Shown: positions 10,219-22,959 of the stretch, in pieces
Layout of the letters: the number at the start of each line of letters is the position of its first letter
Position numbering within the stretch: position 1 is the stretch's first letter
Assembly: GCA_043228905.1 (NCBI GenBank)
Contig: JBHGNT010000008.1
Location: 20,088,001 to 20,152,000, forward strand
Origin: Azolla caroliniana
Lineage: Eukaryota > Plantae > Polypodiophyta
Reading direction: 5' to 3'
Length of the DNA stretch: 64,000 nt
Program-made: the position numbers and the translations under genes
The notes under the pieces: generated by a model
The model's input: the letters and a program-made list of their open reading frames with translations, nothing else
Told to the model about the DNA's origin: nothing
The model's database searches: none

Positions 10219-11563
10219 ATGGCGACCTCTTGCAAGGATCAACTTATCATTAATGTGGTGGTGATAATGTTAGTAATGATATGCGGTTCCATTTGTCATG
10301 CACAACAATGTGGATCGCAAGGAGGAGGTGCCATATGTGCCAATAACCTATGTTGTAGTCAATATGGATATTGCGGCTCCACCTCGGCTTATTGTGGCAC
10401 GGGTTGCCAAAGTGGTCCATGCACTAGTGGCACAACCGTCTCATCCATTATAACTAGTACCGTCTTTAACACTTTTCTTCCCCAAAGGAACTCGGCCCCC
10501 GCAAATGGTTTCTACACTTACTCTGCCTTCATTACGGCCGCCAATGCATACAACAGCTTCGGGACAGTTGGGAGCATTGATGTCCAAAAGCGTGAGCTCG
10601 CTGCGTTCTTCGCCAACATTGCCCACGAGACGGGAAGTAAGTAGCCGTTAACTTGTGAAAAACACCTTAGTGTGATCACAATGCTTAAAATCTAACTTTA
10701 TAACCAAAATGTGTGTTAAGGTCGTGAGGGTACTCTCGATATCTACGACAATCTCGTGGTTATCTTTTAGAATGAATATCAAAATACTTCTTTGCTATCA
10801 TAATTCATTGGTTGCAACAGATAAGAATACCCCTATATCTTTGCACCTTATGAGAATACTCCCTCCCTTAACAAACTTGTAGTCATAATTCATTGGTTGC
10901 AACACTAACGATTACCCCTATACCTTTGCAACTTATGAGAATAGTCCCTCCCTTAACAAACTTGTAGTTGTCGATTTCTATGGTATAGATTGGTATATAT
11001 ATAGATGTAATTGAGTAAACAACCTGACTAGTGTGATGTACATACTTTGTCCCATTGCTGACATTCTCAATCATTTGTACGAGCAATTCTTCGTCTTCTT
11101 CTAAACGGCTCCATGTGAAATGTTATGGTGGTGATGGACAGGTGGGCAATATGTGGAGGAGATTAATAAGGCTACCTATTGCGACACATCATCGGGTGTC
11201 CCGTGTGCGCCCGGACAGCAATACTATGGCCGTGGGCCCATCCAACTCTCATGGAACTATAACTACAAGGCAGCCGGAGACTCCATTGGCTTCGATGGAA
11301 TCAACAACCCTGGCATTGTCGCATCAAATGCCGTGATCTCTTTCAAGACCGCAATCTGGTTCTGGATGACCCAATCATCGCCCACATGTCATAATGCCAT
11401 GGTCAATGGAAATGGATTTGGTGCCACCATTAGAGCTATCAATGGGGGCCTCGAGTGTGGAAGCAACCCTTCGAACCTGGCTGGGCAACAACACCGCATC
11501 CAACTCTACAAGTCTTATTGCTCTACCTTGGGTGTAAGCCCAGGGTCTAACCTTAATTGCTAA
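10219..11563 (+). CDS. Chitinase copy 1: secreted hevein (CBM18) + GH19, class-IV-like, 279 aa, intact
   Basis: Exons 10219-10636 and 11142-11563; phase-1 GT..AG intron after HETG. Signal peptide, hevein [74 protein letters not shown], terminal GSNLNC. Confidence 0.95.
10798..10967 (+). repeat. 85-bp tandem duplication in the chitinase 1 intron
   Basis: tcataattcattggttgcaaca...ccttaacaaacttgtag twice; single copy in the paralog intron (~13677-13763). Confidence 0.9.
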
Positions 11564-12547
11564 GGCAAGTCCCTACTTAATATAACACACATCCTTAATC
11601 CACTATATTGATCGATATGTGGTTTGTAATTACAAAATAATATGCCAATAATAGTGAAACTAACCTCTTGGTTAGTTGAGCTACTTGATGTTGCCACGGC
11701 CATATACTAATGATAATAAGTGGCACCGAATTAAATGCTTCACTCTTTATGTTCCAAATTTGAATGATGCTCAACTAGTGTGTGCAAGGTTTTCTGAGTA
11801 TATTTTGAAACTCTTATCCATTGAGCACTCACCCATTAAAACATGAAATAACTTTTGTCCCAATTTTAATGACATATTTGCATGTCACTTAGCAATACAT
11901 CACATGTCCTCCGGCATTTTGATCAAAATGACACTCATTTATGCAATCATTTTAGAAAACCTTACCTTATTGACCACTTTTGTGCACCTAATCCTCTAGT
12001 ACAACCATTTAATATCTTGCATCTCATCCAAACAAAACCCTCTATCTTGTCCCTTCTTCAAAAGGTTTAAGGTCATGGATTTTTTCTCTCCATACAATAT
12101 TCCAAATGAATTGCAATTTCTAGCACCATCTAACCATCATACATTAAGTCCACTATTTGAAAGTCCGAAAGAACTTAGATCTTCACCACCTGTGTATACC
12201 ATATATGAAATTCAAGTGAAATTGAGATTTCTAGCACCACATTTTTGAAGCCGGATATTTGCCACATTGTTAGATTCTCTATAAAAATAACAAAGATCAT
12301 CCCCGTCATGTAGTTGAATGGGCACTCAACTATGGCACTTGGTTTGTGTCCACTTGTTGGTGGGTTGTCCTTAGAGGATCTAACAATGAGCTACCTAATT
12401 CATGTATTCTCATAACAAGTCCTTTGGTCAATTACCTTTATTAATATAAATAAGAATATAGTGAAATAGAAACCCTTTATTCAAATTATAGAACAAGGTA
12501 TCATTCGAGGCATGTCTAAAGTTTTCCATACTCTATATCCACATGTA

Positions 12548-12618
12548 TACTTTGGTCCCATAGGTCAAATTTGGCCTCTTTATGGACGATAAAAATTCTA
12601 ATTCTAATTCTAATTTAA
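12548..12618 (+). mobile_element. Tiny LINE 3'-end insertion with (AATTCT)n tail and 7-bp TSD
   Basis: acatgta at 12541-12547 and 12619-12625. Body tttggtcccataggtcaaatttggcctc..gacgataa resembles the LINE 3' UTR at 5490-5535 (-). Absent from the copy-1 promoter (~9756). Confidence 0.7.
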
Positions 12619-14214
12619 ACATGTACCATGCACATGAATACTAGATTATGCATGATATTTCAAAACTAAGATGTTTACACTCGATAATAACACGTGCGTC
12701 GTGAACAATAAACATCGATTTCATACTTAGAGTAGAGACTTTATTGTAGATAGAGGAGATCATCTTTTGTACTAAAAATATTATAAAAACAAAGACAAAG
12801 ACCTAATTAATTAGAAAATGTGACATGTTGAGATAAGTATTAGTTCTATGTAAGACCACCTATGACACAACACATGTACGAAAGATTTCCAGATTAATGT
12901 GGTTGAAAACACCATGTTAACTGGTTGAAAACACCGTGTCAATGCCATGCATTACCCAACACAACTTCTAGATATTTCCACCACCTCTTTCAAACTCAAA
13001 CCCAATAATTTAGTGTGAGAGTATGTTTCTTACAAAGTCATTGTGGTCAAGCTCTAAAATTATAATGAAAAGGGCTTTATCATCACCTATCATTAAATCT
13101 TGTTAATTCTCATTGTACACAATCACCATGGTGACCTCTTGCAAGGATAAACTAATCATTAATGTGGTGGTGATCATGTTAGTAATGATATGTGGTGCAA
13201 TGTGTTGTGCACAACAATGCGGATCGCAAGGAGGAGGTGCCATATGTGCCAATAACCTATGTTGTAGTCAATACGGGTATTGCGGCTCCACTTCGGCTTA
13301 TTGTGACACGGGTTGCCAAAGTGGTCCATGTACTAGTGTCCCAACCATCTCATCCATTATAATTAGTGCCATCTTTAACACCTTCCTTCCCCAAAAGAAC
13401 TCTACCCCCGCAAATGGCTTCTACACTTACGATGCCTTCATTACGGCCACCAATGCATACAACGGCTTCGGCACAGTTGGGGGCATCGATGTCCAAAAGC
13501 GTGAGCTCACTGCATTCTTCGCCAACATTGCCCACGAGACAGGAAGTAAGTTGCCATAACTTGTGAAAAACATCTTAGTGTGATCAAGAAGCACTCTCGC
13601 TGAAGCACTCTCGTTTAGAATGAATACCAAAATCGTGGTTATCTTTTGGAATGAATACCAAAATACTCCTTCGCTATCATAATTCATTGGTTGCAACACT
13701 AACGATTACCCCTAGATATCTTTGAAACTTATGAGAATAATCCCTCTCTTAAAAAACTTGTAGTTGTCCATTTCCATGGTATAGATGAGTATATATGTAG
13801 ATGTAATTGATTAAACAAAGTCGAGTGATGTACATAATCATTTGTACAAGAAATTCGTCGTCGTGTTCTAGACAGCTCCATGTGAAATGTTATGGTGGTG
13901 ATGGATAGGTGGGCAATATGTGGAGGAGATTAATAAGGCTACCTACTGCGACACATCATAACTATAACTATTATAACTATAAGGTGGTCGGAGATGCCAT
14001 TGGCTTCGATGGAATCAACAACCCCGGCATCGTCACGTCAAATGCCTTGATCTCTTTCAAGACCGCAATCTGGTTCTGGATGACCCAATCATAGCCCACA
14101 TATCATAATGCCATGGTCAATGGAAATGGATTTGGTGCCACCATTAGAGCTATCAATGGGGGCCGCGAGTGTGGAAGCATCCCTTCGAACCCAGGTGCCC
14201 AACAACACCGCATC

Positions 14215-17200
14215 TGTTGGGGAAGAACGATGGAGGCGAACGAGCTGCTGTTTCTCCTTACCTGCAGAGAAAATGTCGAACAGCACACAAACAGAGAAAA
14301 AACACAAAAACTTTTTGGTGGCACAAGAAACCCTCATTTCTATTAGTTTTTATACCTATCCGTAAATAGTAAGAAATAACATATTTGGCCTTTTCTTACT
14401 ATCAATCCGTAACATATTTGGCCAAACTAGGGATCAGCAAAGCTGATGGGAAGATTGAACAAGACCTACACATCCTACTTGATGAGTATGTTACACAATG
14501 TGTAACCTCATGACCTAAGTAATCCCCATCAAGTGGCAGCAATGTTCTAGTGCTTCATGCGGTAGAGCTTTGGTCAATGCATCTACAACATTTTCTTGAG
14601 AAACAACTTTCTCAAGACTGATGTAGCCAGTAGCTATGCATTCTCGAATGACGTGATATCTCACTCCAATGTGCTTGGTCTTTGCATGGTATACTGGGTT
14701 TTTAGCCAATGCAATGGCACTCTAACTATCACAAAACAGTATGGGTAGAAGCTTAGATATGCCCATGTCACAAGCTAATCTGGACAGCCATACGGCTTCC
14801 TTACAAGCTTCGCTAGCTGCGACATACTCTGCTTCCGTAGTGGACAGAGCAGTACATATTTTGAGACGAGATCTCCAAGATATCGCACCTCCCATAAACT
14901 GAAAAATGTATCCTGAAGTGGATTTTCTGTTGTCAGAACAGCCAACATAATCAGAGTTTGTATATCCAATGATGGATACATTTCCACCACCTAAACATAG
15001 ACACCTATTCTTAGTGCCACACAGATATCTTAAAATCAGTTTAACTGCCTCCCAATGTTTATTACCAGGATTTGACATAAATCTGCTCACAGCTCCCACT
15101 GCGAAAGCAATGTCTGACCTGGTCGCTATCATAGCGTACATAAGACTTCCGACTGCAGATTGATAAGGAACCTTGGACATAGATTTCTTGTCTTCATCAG
15201 ATGTGGGGCAATCACATGTGCTCAGTTTTACATATGTAGGCAAAGGAGTGCTCAACGGCTTTGCATTCTCCATATTAAACCTCTTTAGCACTTTCGATAT
15301 GTACTCAACTTGAGACAAGTAAATGCATCGCTTACTCTTATCACGAGTGATACGCATACCAAGAATATGTTTTGCATCTCCCAAATCCTTCATGTCAAAA
15401 TTCTGGCCCAAGTTTTTCTTTAACGAGGATAACTCATCCTTGTTTTTACCAACAATAAGCATGTCATCAACATATAATATCAAGGTGATAAAACTCCTAT
15501 CTGAACAATTTTTGGTATAAAGACATGCATCCTCATTGTTTCTAATATATCCTTGAGTCTTCATAAAAGCATCAAATTTCTGATACCATAACCTCGGGGA
15601 CTGCTTAAGCCCATACAAACTCTTCTTGAGTTTACATACCAAATGTTCTTTTCCCAATACTTCATAACCTTCTGGTTGTTCCATATCAATGTCCTCATCA
15701 AGGTCCCCATGCAAGAAGGCAGTCTTCACATCCATTTGGACAAGTTCCAAATTCTGATTTGCAGCCAATGAAAGCAACATACATAATGTAGTCATCTTAA
15801 CTACAGGAGAAAAGGTTTCATCAAAATCAATTCCATATTTTTGTTTGAAACCTTTGGCAACCAAGCGTGCTTTATACTTTGGAGAAGCATTATCAGATGT
15901 ATACTTATACTTGTATACCCATTTGCATGGCAATGCTTTCCTGTCCTTTGGCAAAGGTACTAAATCCCAAGTACCATTTTTATAAATGCTGTCCAATTCA
16001 CTTTGCATGGCCTGTTTCCATTTCACATGGTCATTTACAGATATGGCTTCATTGTAACATGAAGGCTCACCAGCATCTGTTAGCATTACATAATCAGCAA
16101 ACTTACTAGGTGCCTTGGAGACACGCGTAGATCTCCTCAATGATTTCTGAACTTGAGTGCCATCAGGTTGTGCATGAGAAACATCATTCTGAGCATCATC
16201 ATTATGAGCATAAACATTATCTTGCACATCATTGTGCTGAGCATCATCATTTTCGGCATCTTCATCCTGACCAATAACAGGTTTTTGTGATTGCCCACAT
16301 GTAGAAGCATCTACATCAGTGAGATTTTTCTGTTTTACATCAACAAAAGGCGTACTATCTTTAAATGCAACCTTCCTCACTTCTACCTCCTTTACGGTCT
16401 GTTTATGCATTTTGTTCTCATAAAAAACAACATCACTACTTCTGACCATAGTACGTGTGTCAGGATCCCATAAGCAATATCCAAACTGCCCATCAATTCC
16501 GTAACCAAGAAATATACATTTTCTGCATTTATAGTCTAATTTCTTTCTTAAGGTTTTTGGAATGTGTACATATGCTTCGCATCCAAAAACTCTAAGATGA
16601 GCATAATGAGGTGTCTTGCCTGTCCACAACTCTTGTGCCACTTTTAGACCTATGGTTGTGTTCGGTGATAGGTTAATCACATGGACTGTTGTTAAAACAA
16701 CTTCTGCCCAGAAACCTTGCGAGAGGTTTGCATGGTGTAGCATAGAGACCACTCTGTCCTGGATGGTTCTGTTCATCCTCTCAGCCACACCATTTTGGAC
16801 AGGGGTGTAAGGAGCTGTAAGCTCTCTCGAATGCCTCTAGACTTGCAAAAGTCATCAAATTCATGAGAGGTATACTCACCTCCATTGTCTGAACGTAAGG
16901 CCTTGAGCTTTATGTCCTTTTCCAGCTCAACCAAACTAAGCCATTTTCTGAAAGTGGGGTATACATCATCCTTTCCCTTAATTGGATAAGCCCAAACTTT
17001 CCTAGTGGCATCATCAATGAAAGTAACAAAATATAGTGCACCGCCCAAAGATCTTGTGGGCATAGGTCCACAAACATCTGTGTGGACAAGATCCAATGGT
17101 TTAGTGGATGAGTTAACACTGGTCTTATGTGCACTTCTAGTTTGCTTACCATGTTGACAATGTTCACATAAAGCAAAATCAGAGAATGACAACTTAGGTA

Positions 17201-19341
17201 AGTGGCCATAACGAGATAGAATTTCCATGCCATTTCTTGACATGTGGCCTTAACGACCATGCCAAATGCTTGTCATTGGCTGTTCTGTGACAGCCAACAA
17301 GTGTTCCTTTTGATGAACAAATAAAGGGTAGAGGGAACTAACTTTGTTCCCTTTTGCAACAATCATATTTCCTTTCGTTATACAAAAGGATTGAGAAACA
17401 AACATCACCTTATATCCGTTGTCATCAAGCTGACCAACGGAAATCAAACTACGAGTTAGTTGAGGAACGTGGCGTACATCTTTAATGGTCAGATGAGAAC
17501 CATCACTAAAATGCATTGAGATATTTCCAATGCCAATCACATCACATTGATGTGAGTCTCCAAGTCGAACTTTCCCAAGCGACTTGGCTTCATAACATGT
17601 GAACCACTCTCTATGTGGAGTCACATGAAACGATGCACCGGAGTCCAACAACCACGTATGTGATGGGGAAAAGACCGTGTTCACCCTAGCATGTGTGCTA
17701 ACATCATCTAGGACCAAGATGTCCGTCTCATCACATGTTGTATTTACTTCCTCTGTTTCCAACAAGGAAGAGGGACCACTAGATTGTCTACCATGCCCTC
17801 TAGCATTATCTTTCTCCTTATTTTTAAGGGCATAACAGTCTTTCTTAAGGTGTCCCTTTTTATGACAGTAATAACACTCCATATTTTTCTTCCTAGATTT
17901 GCTTCTACCTCTATCATTTTCACTACTATTTCTTGTTTGGCTCCTACCACGGTGTTGGTTCTTGCGAGGACCAACATCAAAAACATTATATGCATCTCCA
18001 TTGTGTGATGCAATCACAGATTTTCTACGAATTTCTTCACCCAAAAGTGCTCCACATATATCATTATAGACTAGTTTCCCATTTGGTGCACTAGCACTAA
18101 TGGCGGTGCAAAAAGTGTCCCATGAGGTAGGCAAAGTGCATAACAAAAATACACATTTTAGCTCATCATCAAAAATCATTTTCTGAGCCAGTAATTGTGA
18201 CCATAATGCATCAAAATCATTCAAATGAGAGGCGACATTGTCATTGTCCTTCATTCGAAGATCATAAAGTTTTCTCATTAGATAAACTTTGTTTGATGCG
18301 GTCTCTTTTTCGTATGTACTGGATAGTTTAGTCCATAGCTTTTCAACTGAGTCACAGTCCAAGACCGTGAAATACACGTTGTCAGCTAGGTGCAGTCTTA
18401 TGGTAGACATTGCCAAGAGATCGAGCTCTTCCCAATCTTCCTTGGTCATGCCCTCGGGTCTCTTGGCTTCACCACTTATAGCTCTTAATTGCCTTCTTTG
18501 AATCAGGACATCTCTCATCTGATTCTTCCACAGGACAAAGTTGGATCCGTCAAATTTACGGATCTCAAGGTGGTCTTTTCCGCTCATAGATTGATTTCTA
18601 TGGGAATTAAAGGAACCACTGCGTGAGGTACTTGAAACCTCAGACATTTCAGAGGCAGCCATTTGGATGCTAGGTAAACTTGGTCAATCCCAAATATAAG
18701 CAACTAACAATAGTTGAGACACTACTCACTACCTAGACTAAAACCGTGTTCTAGGGTAGGTATTTGTGTTCGATTGAGGACAACACCTCTCTCTTATATC
18801 AACCAAGGCAAAAGGACTGCAACTAAGACGTAACTTCAACGTCAGAAACTCACATCAAGTGACATCAAGTGAGCAAGCATCGGGAAACCAAATACAAGTT
18901 CTTTTACTTGTAAATTCTCACTTTGTATACTAGAAACAATGAGTCTTCTCTGTTTCTAGCTTTCACCAAAGGTCTATTTTTTTTCTTTCCCAAAAGATTG
19001 GCACACAAAAAGAAATGTTCAGACGAGAAGCGTACTAGATATTACCTCTGTCGAGGTCCTGAAAAATAACATGCGCAGAGGGGGAAAAACAGAGAAATCG
19101 GATGCTTTCTGCCACATGCAGTCTTCACGAATCCCTGCGCTTTGATACCACTGTTGGGGAAGAACGATGGAGGCGGACGAGCTGTTGTTTCTCCTTACCT
19201 GTAGAGAAAATGTCGAACAGCACACAGACAGAGAAAAAACACAAAAACTTTTTGGGGGCACAAGAAACCCTCATTTCTATTAGTTTTTATACCTATGCGT
19301 AAATAGTAAGAAATAACATATTTGGCCTTTTCTTACTATCA
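14215..19341 (-). mobile_element. Near-intact Ty1/copia with 190-bp LTRs
   Basis: LTRs 14215-14404 and 19152-19341 (6 mismatches counted). TSD gcatc/acatc. PBS tggtatcaaagc at 19139-19150. Confidence 0.96.
14515..18662 (-). pseudogene. Copia gag-pol with two stops and one frameshift
   Basis: Gag knuckle CYYCHKKGHLKKDC, protease LDSGAS, integrase HTDVCGP/RSDNGGEY, RT QMDVKTAFLHG/YVDD, RNase H. Breaks at ~17250, ~16800 and ~14722. Confidence 0.92.
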
Positions 19342-20771
19342 ACATCCAACTCTACAATTCTTATTGCTCTACCTTGGGTGTAAGGCCAGGGCCTAACCTT
19401 ACTTGCTAAGGCTAAGTCCCTACTTATGTAACACACACTTTCACCCACGATATTTACCCGAATATGTGGTTTGTAATTACAAAATAATATGCCAATAATT
19501 GTGAAATTAACCTCTTGGTTAGTTGAATTGCTTGATGTTGACATGCCCATCTTCCTAATGATAAATAATGGGCACCGAATCAAATGCTTCATTATTTAAT
19601 GCATGGCAAAGGGTTGATGAGATGGAGATGGATATGATGATGGAGATAGGGTGAGATAAAGGGGCGGAATCCGAAGAGCAAAGGGTTGATAGACTATGCA
19701 AATCCAAATGGACAGCAATAGTTTTGTAAGGGGTGAATGGCAACAAAAAATTACCACCAATGAAAACAATAGCCTAGGATTTTCCATTAAACTGTGACAT
19801 ATAGAAGGTGATATGTGGACAGTAAGGTAGATTCTATAGCCTATGCACAACCTTAGTTGCACCACAAGTTAGACAACACAACAAGAATTTATGCATGTGC
19901 ACAACTTATACATTATATGTCCATGGGCCAAATTTAGGATGAATGCTAAGAAACCTCAAATTTGTAAGTGTAATTTTTGGGGCTGATTTTTAATTCATAG
20001 TTAACTTTAACATACAACACCTACGTTTGTGTATGTATAGGCAATTCTATCTCCATATGTGGTGCTACTGGTAGTTTTGGGGTTGTAAGGGATTCCTTTC
20101 ATTTAGTAGCCATTGATGTAGGCATTTGGAGACCCGTCACGGAATCTTCAAAGGTCATGAATAGTGAGCAAGATTTGGGAAAGTACATACACATTCGAGC
20201 TATTAGGATGTGTTGAAGTGTGGGATAATATAGGCCATAGATGAACCTACTCATTAGCTTGTCATCTAACATTTATTTATTGTTTTTTAAGAGCTTAACC
20301 AATTGATAAAGTGACTAATAAAATACTCTTACAATATAGAGATGTCCTTTTACATAGGAAATGCAAAAGAAATATAAATACATAATCTTCAAGGTATGGT
20401 CAAGGAGAACAAAGTGACAAGGCTTTAGATGAACTCCTCAGGTAAGGAGTGGATTCCATATGCTTTGTGGAGAAACAATTGCTGATGCCAAAGCATCTAT
20501 CGAGGTCAAGAAACCATGATCTAACAATTAGCCCAAGTATTTCCAGTTTAGAGCAACTTATAATATTCTTAACATAGTTGATGGCATCCCTCATGTCATA
20601 AACAAGTGATGGAATTTATAGAAATAATTTTATACAAGCACATGGAAACAAAATCTTCAATGTCATTACCTCTTACCCGAGTGATATTTACCATGATTTG
20701 ATCGTAATGGGTACACAATAATAATAAGAGCTCTCTCAAGGTTTGATGATAGGTTCCCTTGTGCATTTGAT

Positions 20772-22340
20772 CTTTTTTTATTTGTTGATATTCAAGAAAG
20801 AGTCCATGGAAGTCGATATTTCCATTGAGGCTCTTGAGTTAACATTGTAAACAGGGGCCCCTTTTTCCATAAGTGAAGAAGCTTTTTCCTTTTCTTGTTC
20901 ACAGTATCTAGGGAACCCTGCATATTGTCATACTGGCTACGGACTACTGCCAGCAAGTTCTCCCATATCTCAAACAACACATCTGAGAGATGAATGTCTA
21001 CCACATGATAAAGTCGGTTACATTGATATTTCCATAATGGCCATAACATTATTGTGGTCACAATTTTCCAAATTTGGACAAATCGCACCTGCTTTCGAGG
21101 TTGCTGGAAGGGATTAACTAATATCAATCTTTAATTATGTATTGTCATTGCCTCATGAACATCGTTTGCCTCATACAATATCAAGCTGGAATGTAATACT
21201 CCCCACATCGCGTGATCCCCATGAGAATAGGCAACCTACATTGATTGTTAGGAATAAAGACATGACTTTCTTCCAAACTTGTTGAGCAAAAGAACAAGAC
21301 CATAGGACATGCTCGGTAGTCCCCTAAGGTTCATGGCAAAAGCCACATTGCCACAAATTGGGTGCTACATTCCCTTTCAACGAATGACCAACTTGTAGTG
21401 CCATATGCACTAATAACCATCGAAAGAGAATAAATTTAGTTGGCCCCTTGAATGACCATATCCATTTCTAGTAGGTTCTTAAATGCAAAGTGGAGACACC
21501 CTAATTGGTCTAATGTTTCGGAGCTACTGGTATCGTTACATTCTAAGAGGCAGTAATGATCTTCCAAGTTTTACTAAGTACTGAAAGAAGGGGACCTTAC
21601 GATCTTTCCCCCCAAGAAGTGTGACCAAAGCCAACGCCCTGGATCCCATCTTAATCTTGCAATATGATCTTTTGCGTATAACCACATGATATCACACATA
21701 TGACCAATTGATGGATAAGGATCAAGGATCCATTTCTTTCCAATTTTATCAACCACTCTAACTGGTGCACTTCGCAAGTCCTGTAGATAATTGCAATCTA
21801 ACGTATAAGATTGCAATCTATTGTTGTCTAGCACCTCAAAATAAGAAACACACCCATTAGGTGAAACGCCCTTAACAACCATCAATGTATCATTTGTGAA
21901 GCATCCATACCATAAATGTTCCTGCCTAGGTTGGAAGGTTGTAAAAAACGAAGAATATGTTGTTGATAAGGAAGCCATCATTATCTTGGCACCATGAACT
22001 GATTGTAGATTTGCAAGTCGATTTTCATGTTACATTTGTTGAAAATGAGTCCAAGTTCTTACAGATGCAGTTGGCCCATCATCCAATTTAACCCAAGCAA
22101 GGTGAGTATGCAAGCCCAATACTTTTCCTACATTATCCAGAAATAGAGAATTGGCAAGCATAGACTGATTAAGTAATGCATCCTAGGTAGAAGGTTTGTC
22201 CTTTAGCAAAAATGATTTAATCGCATCCCACACTCTTATGATTCCTAACAAAAATCTATTGGTAGCAAGATTCCTCCTTGGTGTTTTCATGTCATTCAAG
22301 AACAACCACTTTAGAGAGGCTCATAAGCCTTTGTAATTTG
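20772..22340 (-). mobile_element. Degenerate L1-like LINE, 3' portion
   Basis: ORF2 C-terminal motifs FRWLL, CGFC...TTEHVLWSCSFAQQVW and LWPLWKYQCNRLY; stop near 20792 followed by an A-rich tail. Upstream boundary approximate. Confidence 0.7.
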
Positions 22341-22959
22341 TTCGAAACATTCTACGTAAACGTAGAGGGATAACAGGTTGATGACTCCCAAGAGCTCTCA
22401 TCGATGGAGTCACTAGGCACCTCAATGTCAACTCATCATCTCTTGGGGTTGAATAAGGTCCCAAGGGTTCGGTTGTTCGTTGATGAAAGTGGTACATGAG
22501 TTGGGTTTAGAACATTGTGAGACAGTTCGGTTCCTATGTACCGTTGGTTTGCCGTAAGTTCTCTAAATCTCTTCAATTACAGAAAAAACTAAATACTAAT
22601 TGTTTCTCTCTCTCCATTAAGGATACTACATCATATTAGCGTTTCGATGTAATTTAAAGCAATAGTTAGCTTTGAGTTGGCGTAAAAGCTAGAGGTTGCA
22701 TGCCGCTATGTACAATAATTGTAGAGCCAACTATCCTCATGGGTTGTGCTATGTACAATAGGTGTTTAATAATTTCCTCCACTTTGTGAAACCTAATGTT
22801 ATTGGGTTTGTCTACCTTGCTACATGCAACATCATCACATCGCCAAGTAAAAAATTGAGATTCTTATTCTCCCATTTATATCACAAATAGTTTATAATAA
22901 TTCAAAATCAAAGTTAGAAAACTTAAGCTTCAAGCTTCTTTTTTATTGATTACAGAAAA

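Larger units (their letters stand above)
13128..19409 (+). pseudogene. Chitinase copy 2 pseudogene (hevein + GH19)
   Basis: Exon 1 13128-13545 is open. Exon 2 from 13909 has lost [20 protein letters not shown], has TAA at 13959 and TAG at 14092, and is split by a copia at 14215-19341. The C-terminus resumes at 19347-19409. Confidence 0.93.

Noticed and set aside
14113-14346. Novel chitinase-LTR fusion protein
   Set aside because: The read-through into the antisense LTR lies downstream of two premature stops.
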